Shown: positions 53,390 through 64,000 of the stretch, in pieces
Position numbering within the stretch: the first letter of the stretch is position 1
Layout of the letters: each line of letters starts with the position of its first letter
Source of the DNA: Auanema rhodensis
Taxonomy: Eukaryota; Animalia; Nematoda
Direction of reading: 5' to 3'
Length of the DNA stretch: 64,000 nt
Assembly: GCA_964057225.1 (NCBI GenBank)
Contig: OZ059900.1
Location: forward strand, 24,738,001 to 24,802,000
Program-made: the position numbers and the translations under genes
The notes under the pieces: generated by a model
Seen by the model: the letters and a program-made list of their open reading frames with translations, nothing else
Told to the model about the DNA's origin: nothing
Database searches by the model: none

Positions 53390-56300
53390 CATGGGAAATA
53401 CTGTGTTTTTGTATTTTTCTAGTGTTCAGCATGTAAAATACTTCATTTTAGTATGTAACACGCTGAAATTCGTTGCATTTGACGACTCATATGAACAAAA
53501 ATCGATTTAATCAATATTAGCCATAAGGGGCGTGCCCTCAGAATATGCTAATTTCCTTAATTTTCTAACCCCTGTTTTTTTGTCGTGAAAGTGGAACTAG
53601 ACGTTGTACGAACAATTTTGAGCTAGGTTTCATTGACATTGCATGAGTTTGAACACATGAAATCGTAAGTCAAAACCTTGTTTACAGCGAAATTTCCAAA
53701 AACTGGTTTTCCAGCATAATAAAATATTTCTCATGGGAAATACTGTGTTTTTGTATTTTTCTAGTGTTCAGCATGTAAAATGCTTCATTTTAGTATGTAA
53801 CACGCTGATATTCGTTGCATTTGACGACTCATATGAACAAAAATCGATTTAATCAATATTAGCCATAAAGGGCGTGCCCTCAGAATATGCTAATTTCCTT
53901 AATTTTCTAACCCCTGTTTTTTTGTCGTGAAAGTGGAACTAGACGTTGTACAAACAATTTTGAGCTAGGTTTCATTGACATTGCATGAGTTTGAACACAT
54001 GAAATCGTAAGTCAAAACCTTGTTTACAGCGAAATTTCCAAAAACTGGTTTTCCAGCATAATAAAATATTTCTCATGAGAAATACTGTGTTTTTGTATTT
54101 TTCTAGTGTTCAGCATGTAAAATGCTTCATTTTAGTATGTAACACGCTGAAATTCGTTGCATTTGACGACTCATATGAACAAAAATCGATTTAATCAATA
54201 TTAGCCATAAGGGGCGTGCCCTCAGAATATGCTAATTTCCTTAATTTTCTAACCCCTGTTTTTTGTCGTGAAAGTGGAACTAGACGTTGTAGGAACAATT
54301 TTGAGCTAGGTTTCATTGACATTGCATGAGTTTGAACACATGAAATCGTAAGTCAAAACCTTGTTTACAGCGAAATTTCCAAAAACTGGTTTTCCAGCAT
54401 AATAAAATATTTCTCATGGGAAATACTGTGTTTTTGTATTTTTCTGGTGTTCAGCATGTAAAATACTTCATTTAAGTATGTAACACGCTGAAATTCGTTG
54501 CATTTGACGACTCATATGAACAAAAATCGATTTAATCAATATTAGCCATAAGGGGCGTGCCCTCAGAATATGCTAATTTCCTAAATTTTCTAACCCCTGT
54601 TTTTTTGTCGTGAAAGTGGAACTAGACGTTGTACAAACAATTCTGAGCTAGGTTTCATTGACATTGCATGAGTTTGAACACATGAAATCGTAAGTCAAAA
54701 CCTTGTTTACAGCGAAATTTCCAAAAACTGGTTTTCCAGCATAATAAAATATTTCTCATGAGAAATACTGTGTTTTTGTATTTTTCTAGTGTTCAGCATG
54801 TAAAATGCTTCATTTTAGTATGTCACACGCTGAAATTCGTTGCATTTGACTACTCATATGAACAAAAATCGATTTAATCAATATTAGCCATAAGGGGCGT
54901 GCCCTCAGAATATGCTAATTTCCTTAATTTTCTAACCCCTGTTTTTTTGTCGTGAAAGTGGAACTAGACGTTGTACAAACAATTCTGAGCTAGGTTTCAT
55001 TGACATTGCATGAGTTTGAACACATGAAATCGTAAGTCAAAACCTTGTTTACAGCGAAATTTCCAAAAACTGGTTTTCCAGCAAAATAAAATATTTCTCA
55101 TGGGAAATACTGTGTTTTTGTATTTTTCTAGTGTTCAGCATGTAAAATGCTTCATTGTAGTATGTAACACGCTGAAATTCGTTGCATTTGACTACTCATA
55201 TGAACAAAAATCGATTTAATCAATATTAGGTATAAGGGGCGTGCCCTCAGAATATGCTAATTTCCTTAATTTTCTAACCCCTGTTTTTTTGTCGTGAAAG
55301 TGGAACTAGACGTTGTACAAACAATTTTGAGCTAGGTTTCATTGACATTGCATGAGTTTGAACACATGAAATCGTAAGTCAAAACCTTGTTTACAGCGAA
55401 ATTTCCAAAAACTGGTTTTCCAGCATAATAAAATATTTCTCATGGGAAATACTGTGTTTTTGTATTTTTTTAGTGTTCAGCATGTAAAATGCTTCTTTTT
55501 AGTATGTAACACGCTGAAATTCGTTGCATTTGACGACTCATATGAACAAAAATCGATTTAATCAATATTAGCCATAAGGGGCGTGCCCTCAGAATATGCT
55601 AATTTCCTTAATTTTCTAACCCCTGTTTTTTTGTCGTGAAAGTGGAATTAGACGTTGTAGGAACAATTTTGAGCTAGGTTTCATTGACATTGCATGAGTT
55701 TGAACACATGAAATCGTAAGTCAAAACCTTGTTTACAGCGAAATTTCCAAAAACTGGTTTTCCAGCATAATAAAATATTTCTCATGGGAAATACTGTGTT
55801 TTTGTATTTTTCTAGTGTTCAGCATGTAAAATGCTTCATTTTAGTATGTAACACGCTGAAATTCGTTGCATTTGACGACTCATATGAACAAAAATCGATT
55901 TAATCAATATTAGCCATAAGGGGCGTGCCCTCAGAATATGCTAATTTTCTTAATTTTCTAACCCCTGTTTTTTTGTCGTGAAAGTGGAACTAGACGTTGT
56001 ACGAACAATTTTGAGCTAGGTTTCATTGACATTGCATGAGTTTGAACACATGAAATCGTAAGTCAAAACCTTGTTTACAGCGAAATTTCCAAAAACTGGT
56101 TTTCCAGCATAATAAAATATTTCTCATGGGAAATACTGTGTTTTTGTATTTTTCTAGTGTTCAGCATGTAAAATACTTCATTTTAGTATGTAACACGCTG
56201 AAATTCGTTGCATTTGACGACTCATATGAACAAAAATCGATTTAATCAATATTAGCCATAAGGGGCGTGCCCTCAGAATATGCTAATTTCCTAAATTTTC

Positions 56301-56466
56301 TAACCCCTGTTTTTTTGTCGTGAAAGTGGAACTAGACGTTGTACGAATAATTTTGAGCTAGGTTTCATTGACATTGCATGAGTTTGAACACATGAAATCG
56401 TAAGTCAAAACCTTGTTTACAGCGAAATTTCCAAAAACTGGTTTTCCAGCATAATAAAATATTTCT

Positions 56467-59400
56467 CATGGGAAATACTGTGTTTTTGTATTTTTCTAGT
56501 GTTCAGCATGTAAAATACTTCATTTTAGTATGTAACACGCTGAAATTCGTTGCATTTGACGACTCATATGAACAAAAATCGATTTAATCAATATTAGCCA
56601 TAAGGGGCGGGGCGTGCCCTCAGAATATGCTAATTTCCTTAAATTTCTAACCCCTGTTTTTTTGTCGTGAAAGTGGAACTAGACGTTGTACGAACAATTT
56701 TGAGCTAGGTTTCATTGACATTGCATGAGTTTGAACACATGAAATCGTAAGTCAAAACCTTGTTTACAGCGAAATTTCCAAAAACTGGTTTTCCAGCATA
56801 ATAAAATATTTCTCATGGGAAAAACTGTGTTTTTGTATTTTTCTAGTGTTCAGCATGTAAAATGCTTCATTTTAGTATGTAACACGCTGAAATTCGTTGC
56901 ATTTGACGACTCATATGAACAAAAATCGATTTAATCAATATTAGCCATAAGGGGCGTGCCCTCAGAATATGCTAATTTCCTTAATTTTCTAACCCCTGTT
57001 TTTTGTCGTGAAAGTGGAACTAGACGTTGTAGGAACAATTTTGAGCTAGGTTTCATTGACATTGCATGAGTTTGAACACATGAAATCGTAAGTCAAAACC
57101 TTGTTTACAGCGAAATTTCCAAAAACTGGTTTTCCAGCATAATAAAATATTTCTCATGGGAAATACTGTGTTTTTGTATTTTTCTAGTGTTCAGCATGTA
57201 AAATACTTCATTTAAGTATGTAACACGCTGAAATTCGTTGCATTTGACGACTCATATGAACAAAAATCGATTTAATCAATATTAGCCATAAGGGGCGTGC
57301 CCTCAGAATATGCTAATTTCCTAAATTTTCTAACCCCTGTTTTTTTGTCGTGAAAGTGGAACTAGACGTTGTACAAACAATTCTGAGCTAGGTTTCATTG
57401 ACATTGCATGAGTTTGAACACATGAAATCGTAAGTCAAAACCTTGTTTACAGCGAAATTTCCAAAAACTGGTTTTCCAGCATAATAAAATATTTCTCATG
57501 AGAAATACTGTGTTTTTGTATTTTTCTAGTGTTCAGCATGTAAAATGCTTCATTTTAGTATGTAACACGCTGAAATTCGTTGCATTTGACTACTCATATG
57601 AACAAAAATCGATTTAATCAATATTAGCCATAAGGGGCGTGCCCTCAGAATATGCTAATTTCCTTAATTTTCTAACCCCTGTTTTTTTGTCGTGAAAGTG
57701 GAACTAGACGTTGTACAAACAATTTTGAGCTAGGTTTCATTGACATTGCATGAGTTTGAACACATGAAATCGTAAGTCAAAACCTTGTTTACAGCGAAAT
57801 TTCCAAAAACTGGTTTTCCAGCATAATAAAATATTTCTCATGGGAAATACTGTGTTTTTGTATTTTTCTAGTGTTCAGCATGTAAAATGCTTCATTTTAG
57901 TTTGTAACACGCTGAAATTCGTTGCATTTGACGACTCATATGAACAAAAATCGATTTAATCAATATTAGCCATAAGGGGCGTGCCCTCAGAATATGCTAT
58001 TTTCCTTAATTTTCTAACCCCTGTTTTTTTGTCGTGAAAGTGGAACTAGACGTTGTACAAACAATTCTGAGCTAAGTTTCATTGACATTGCATGAGTTTG
58101 AACACATGAAATCGTAAGTCAAAACCTTGTTTACAGCGAAATTTCCAAAAACTGGTTTTCCAGCAAAATAAAATATTTCTCATGGGAAATACTGTGTTTT
58201 TGTATTTTTCTAGTGTTCAGCATGTAAAATGCTTCATTTTAGTATGTAACACGCTGAAATTCGTTGCATTTGACTACTCATATGATCAAAAATCGATTTA
58301 ATCAATATTAGCCATAAGGGGCGTGCCCTCAGAATATGCTAATTTCCTTAATTTTCTAACCCCTGTTTTTTTGTCGTGAAAGTGGAACTAGACGTTGTAC
58401 AAACAATTTGGAGCTAGGTTTCATTGACATTGCATGAGTTTGAACACATGAAATCGTAAGTCAAAACCTTGTTTACAGCGAAATTTCCAAAAACTGGTTT
58501 TCCAGCATAATAAAATATTTCTCATGGGAAGTACTGTGTTTTTGTATTTTTTTAGTGTTCAGCATGTAAAATGCTTCATTTTAGTATGTAACACGCTGAA
58601 ATTCGTTGCATTTGACGACTCATATGAACAAAAATCGATTTAATCAATATTAGCCATAAGGGGCGTGCCCTCAGAATATGCTAATTTCCTTAATTTTCTA
58701 ACCCCTGTTTTTTTGTCGTGAAAGTGGAATTAGACGTTGTAGGAACAATTTTGAGCTAGGTTTCATTGACATTGCATGAGTTTGAACACATGAAATCGTA
58801 AGTCAAAACCTTGTTTACAGCGAAATTTCCAAAAACTGGTTTTCCAGCATAATAAAATATTTCTCATGGGAAATACTGTGTTTTTGTATTTTTCTAGTGT
58901 TCAGCATGTAAAATGCTTCATTTTAGTATGTAACACGCTGAAATTCGCTGCATTTGACGACTCATATGAACAAAAATCGATTTAATCAATATTAGCCATA
59001 AGGGGCGTGCCCTCAGAATATGCTAATTTTCTTAATTTTCTAACCCCTGTTTTTTTGTCGTGAAAGTGGAACTAGACGTTGTACGAACAATTTTGAGCTA
59101 GGTTTCATTGACATTGCATGAGTTTGAACACATGAAATCGTAAGTCAAAACCTTGTTTACAGCGAAATTTCCAAAAACTGGTTTTCCAGCATAATAAAAT
59201 ATTTCTCATGGGAAATACTGTGTTTTTGTATTTTTCTAGTGTTCAGCATGTAAAATACTTCATTTTAGTATGTAACACGCTGAAATTCGTTGCATTTGAC
59301 GACTCATATGAACAAAAATCGATTTAATCAATATTAGCCATAAGGGGCGGGGCGTGCCCTCAGAATATGCTAATTTCCTTAATTTTCTAACCCCTGTTTT

Positions 59401-62400
59401 TTTGTCGTGAAAGTGGAACTAGACGTTGTACGAACAATTTTGAGCTAGGTTTCATTGACATTGCATGAGTTTGAACACATGAAATCGTAAGTCAAAACCT
59501 TGTTTACAGCGAAATTTCCAAAAACTGGTTTTCCAGCATAATAAAATATTTCTCATGGGAAAAACTGTGTTTTTGTATTTTTCTAGTGTTCAGCATGTAA
59601 AATGCTTCATTTTAGTATGTAACACGCTGAAATTCGTTGCATTTGACGACTCATATGAACAAAAATCGATTTAATCAATATTAGCCATAAGGGGCGTGCC
59701 CTCAGAATATGCTAATTTCCTTAATTTTCTAACCCCTGTTTTTTGTCGTGAAAGTGGAACTAGACGTTGTAGGAACAATTTTGAGCTAGGTTTCATTGAC
59801 ATTGCATGAGTTTGAACACATGAAATCGTAAGTCAAAACCTTGTTTACAGCGAAATTTCCAAAAACTGGTTTTCCAGCATAATAAAATATTTCTCATGGG
59901 AAATACTGTGTTTTTGTATTTTTCTAGTGTTCAGCATGTAAAATACTTCATTTAAGTATGTAACACGCTGAAATTCGTTGCATTTGACGACTCATATGAA
60001 CAAAAATCGATTTAATCAATATTAGCCATAAGGGGCGTGCCCTCAGAATATGCTAATTTCCTAAATTTTCTAACCCCTGTTTTTTTGTCGTGAAAGTGGA
60101 ACTAGACGTTGTACAAACAATTCTGAGCTAGGTTTCATTGACATTGCATGAGTTTGAACACATGAAATCGTAAGTCAAAACCTTGTTTACAGCGAAATTT
60201 CCAAAAACTGGTTTTCCAGCATAATAAAATATTTCTCATGAGAAATACTGTGTTTTTGTATTTTTCTAGTGTTCAGCATGTAAAATGCTTCATTTTAGTA
60301 TGTAACACGCTGAAATTCGTTGCATTTGACTACTCATATGAACAAAAATCGATTTAATCAATATTAGCCATAAGGGGCGTGCCCTCAGAATATGCTAATT
60401 TCCTTAATTTTCTAACCCCTGTTTTTTTGTCGTGAAAGTGGAACTAGACGTTGTACAAACAATTTTGAGCTAGGTTTCATTGACATTGCATGAGTTTGAA
60501 CACATGAAATCGTAAGTCAAAACCTTGTTTACAGCGAAATTTCCAAAAACTGGTTTTCCAGCATAATAAAATATTTCTCATGGGAAATACTGTGTTTTTG
60601 TATTTTTCTAGTGTTCAGCATGTAAAATGCTTCATTTTAGTTTGTAACACGCTGAAATTCGTTGCATTTGACGACTCATATGAACAAAAATCGATTTAAT
60701 CAATATTAGCCATAAGGGGCGTGCCCTCAGAATATGCTATTTTCCTTAATTTTCTAACCCCTGTTTTTTTGTCGTGAAAGTGGAACTAGACGTTGTACAA
60801 ACAATTCTGAGCTAAGTTTCATTGACATTGCATGAGTTTGAACACATGAAATCGTAAGTCAAAACCTTGTTTACAGCGAAATTTCCAAAAACTGGTTTTC
60901 CAGCAAAATAAAATATTTCTCATGGGAAATACTGTGTTTTTGTATTTTTCTAGTGTTCAGCATGTAAAATGCTTCATTTTAGTATGTAACACGCTGAAAT
61001 TCGTTGCATTTGACTACTCATATGAACAAAAATCGATTTAATCAATATTAGCCATAAGGGGCGTGCCCTCAGAATATGCTAATTTCCTTAATTTTCTAAC
61101 CCCTGTTTTTTTGTCGTGAAAGTGGAACTAGACGTTGTACAAACAATTTTGAGCTAGGTTTCATTGACATTGCATGAGTTTGAACACATGAAATCGTAAG
61201 TCAAAACCTTGTTTACAGCGAAATTTCCAAAAACTGGTTTTCCAGCATAATAAAATATTTCTCATGGGAAATACTGTGTTTTTGTATTTTTTTAGTGTTC
61301 AGCATGTAAAATGCTTCATTTTAGTATGTAACACGCTGAAATTCGTTGCATTTGACGACTCATATGAACAAAAATCGATTTAATCAATATTAGCCATAAG
61401 GGGCGTGCCCTCAGAATATGCTAATTTCCTTAATTTTCTAACCCCTGTTTTTTTGTCGTGAAAGTGGAATTAGACGTTGTAGGAACAATTTTGAGCTAGG
61501 TTTCATTGACATTGCATGAGTTTGAACACATGAAATCGTAAGTCAAAACCTTGTTTACAGCGAAATTTCCAAAAACTGGTTTTCCAGCATAATAAAATAT
61601 TTCTCATGGGAAATACTGTGTTTTTGTATTTTTCTAGTGTTCAGCATGTAAAATGCTTCATTTTAGTATGTAACACGCTGAAATTCGCTGCATTTGACGA
61701 CTCATATGAACAAAAATCGATTTAATCAATATTAGCCATAAGGGGCGTGCCCTCAGAATATGCTAATTTTCTTAATTTTCTAACCCCTGTTTTTTTGTCG
61801 TGAAAGTGGAACTAGACGTTGTACGAACAATTTTGAGCTAGGTTTCATTGACATTGCATGAGTTTGAACACATGAAATCGTAAGTCAAAACCTTGTTTAC
61901 AGCGAAATTTCCAAAAACTGGTTTTCCAGCATAATAAAATATTTCTCATGGGAAATACTGTGTTTTTGTATTTTTCTAGTGTTCAGCATGTAAAATGCTT
62001 CATTTTAGTATGTAACACGCTGAAATTCGTTGCATTTGACGACTCATATGAACAAAAATCGATTTAATCAATATTAGCCATAAGGGGCGGGGCGTGCCCT
62101 CAGAATATGCTAATTTCCTTAATTTTCTAACCCCTGTTTTTTTGTCGTGAAAGTGGAACTAGACGTTGTACGAACAATTTTGAGCTAGGTTTCATTGACA
62201 TTGCATGAGTTTGAACACATGAAATCGTAAGTCAAAACCTTGTTTACAGCGAAATTTCCAAAAACTGGTTTTCCAGCATAATAAAATATTTCTCATGGGA
62301 AAAACTGTGTTTTTGTATTTTTCTAGTGTTCAGCATGTAAAATGCTTCATTTTAGTATGTAACACGCTGAAATTCGTTGCATTTGACGACTCATATGAAC

Positions 62401-62976
62401 AAAAATCGATTTAATCAATATTAGCCATAAGGGGCGTGCCCTCAGAATATGCTAATTTCCTTAATTTTCTAACCCCTGTTTTTTGTCGTGAAAGTGGAAC
62501 TAGACGTTGTAGGAACAATTTTGAGCTAGGTTTCATTGACATTGCATGAATTTGAACACATGAAATCGTAAGTCAAAACCTTGTTTACAGCAAAATTTCC
62601 AAAAACTGGTTTTCCAGCATAATAAAATATTTCTCATGGGAAATACTGTGTTTTTGTATTTTTCTAGTGTTCAGCATGTAAAATACTTCATTTAAGTATG
62701 TAACACGCTGAAATTCGTTGCATTTGACGACTCATATGAACAAAAATCGATTTAATCAATATTAGCCATAAGGGGCGTGCCCTCAGAATATGCTAATTTC
62801 CTAAATTTTCTAACCCCTGTTTTTTTGTCGTGAAAGTGGAACTAGACGTTGTACAAACAATTTTGAGCTAGGTTTCATTGACATTGCATGAGTTTGAACA
62901 CATGAAATCGTAAGTCAAAACCTTGTTTACAGCGAAATTTCCAAAAACTGGTTTTCCAGCATAATAAAATATTTCT
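56467..62976 (+). repeat. 8-monomer higher-order repeat (2740 bp; two full copies and one partial)
   Basis: GC-box duplications at 56604, 59344 and 62084. GGGAAAAACT monomers start at 56814, 59554 and 62294. GCTAAGTT monomers start at 57839 and 60579, and TTCGCTGC monomers at 58865 and 61605. Confidence 0.92.
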
Positions 62977-63658
62977 CATGGGAAATACTGTGTTTTTGTA
63001 TTTTTCTAGTGTTCAGCATGTAAAATGCTTCATTTTAGTATGTAACACGCTGAAATTCGTTGCATTTGACGACTCATATGAACAAAAATCGATTTAATCA
63101 ATATTAGCCATAAGGGGCGTGCCCTCAGAATATGCTAATTTCCTTAATTTTCTAACCCCTGTTTTTTGTCGTGAAAGTGGAACTAGACGTTGTAGGAACA
63201 ATTTTGAGCTAGGTTTCATTGACATTGCATGAATTTGAACACATGAAATCGTAAGTCAAAACCTTGTTTACAGCAAAATTTCCAAAAACTGGTTTTCCAG
63301 CATAATAAAATATTTCTCATGGGAAATACTGTGTTTTTGTATTTTTCTAGTGTTCAGCATGTAAAATACTTCATTTAAGTATGTAACACGCTGAAATTCG
63401 TTGCATTTGACGACTCATATGAACAAAAATCGATTTAATCAATATTAGCCATAAGGGGCGTGCCCTCAGAATATGCTAATTTCCTAAATTTTCTAACCCC
63501 TGTTTTTTTGTCGTGAAAGTGGAACTAGACGTTGTACGAACAATTTTGAGCTAGGTTTCATTGACATTGCATGAGTTTGAACACATGAAATCGTATATCA
63601 AACCTTGTTTACAGCGAAATTTCCAAAAACTGGTTTTCCAGCATAATAAAATATTTCT
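62294..63658 (+). repeat. 2-monomer (683-bp) local duplication
   Basis: CATGAATTTG and CAGCAAAATT occur only in the monomers starting at 62294 and 62977. Each is followed by an AATACTT/TTTAAG/CCTAAA monomer. Confidence 0.85.
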
Positions 63659-64000
63659 CATGGGAAATACTGTGTTTTTGTATTTTTCTAGTGTTCAGCA
63701 TGTAAAATGCTTCATTTTAGTATGTAACACGCTGAAATTCGTTGCATTTGACTACTCATATGAACAAAAATCGATTTAATCAATATTAGCCATAAGGGGC
63801 GTGCCCTCAGAATATGCTAATTTCCTTAATTTTCTAACCCCTGTTTTTTTGTCGTGAAAGTGGAACTAGACGTTGTACAAACAATTTTGAGCTAGGTTTC
63901 ATTGACATTGCATGAGTTTGAACACATGAAATCGTAAGTCAAAACCTTGTTTACAGCGAAATTTCCAAAAACTGGTTTTCCAGCATAATAAAATATTTCT

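Larger units (their letters stand above)
1..64000. repeat. Tandem satellite DNA array, 342-bp monomer, 184 units, single orientation, running off both window edges
   Basis: The start motif CATGGGAAATACTGTG recurs at 1, 343, 685, 1027 and so on, with an exact 342-bp period up to 18127. Later phase shifts are fully explained by 4 x +183, 1 x +187, 2 x +57, 10 x +5 and 11 x -1 bp. Monomers differ from consensus by roughly 0-6 substitutions. Confidence 0.99.

Noticed and set aside
39535-63170. Recurrent T7-to-T6 1-bp deletions as sequencing errors
   Set aside because: They consistently co-occur with the TGTAGGAAC variant and follow the higher-order periodicity, so they are real inherited alleles and not otherwise notable.
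63561-63779. 72-aa ORF
   Set aside because: It begins at TTG and exists only because a local substitution plus a 1-bp deletion near 63596-63603 removes a stop and fuses frames across a monomer boundary.
1-64000. CRISPR array or other repeat-spacer system
   Set aside because: There are no unique spacers. The entire 342 bp is repeated and no cas-like ORFs are present.
1-64000. Tandem 5S rRNA, tRNA, snRNA or spliced-leader gene array
   Set aside because: I could not recognise a 5S, tRNA cloverleaf, snRNA or SL sequence on either strand. An Infernal/Rfam scan of a monomer dimer would be the decisive test.
63659-64000. Window starts and ends in exactly the same monomer phase
   Set aside because: The net indels (+1072 bp) happen to make 184 units total 64000 bp. 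This is a coincidence or a windowing effect, not biology.

Overview
The whole 64-kb window is one uninterrupted, head-to-tail tandem satellite DNA array of a 342-bp AT-rich monomer (about 34% GC by hand count). It looks like eukaryotic centromeric or pericentromeric heterochromatin. I count 184 units: 64000 = 184 x 342 + 1072 bp of net indels, all of which I could place. I saw no genes, RNA genes, transposons, CRISPR spacers or inversions; the six listed ORFs are incidental read-throughs of the monomer. The information lies in the variants. (i) The array is zoned into subfamily domains, each with its own higher-order repeats (2-, 3-, 5-, 8-, 13- and 15-mers). (ii) Three independent structural variants (525-, 529- and 399-bp units) have microhomology or templated-insertion junctions, and their breakpoints all fall in monomer positions ~116-143. 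(iii) A 5-bp duplication creates a perfect GGGGCGGGGC GC-box in 14 units. (iv) The monomer retains traces of an ancestral ~155-171-bp dimer. I found no evidence for a novel coding system. 'Monomer position' below refers to the first monomer (window 1-342).
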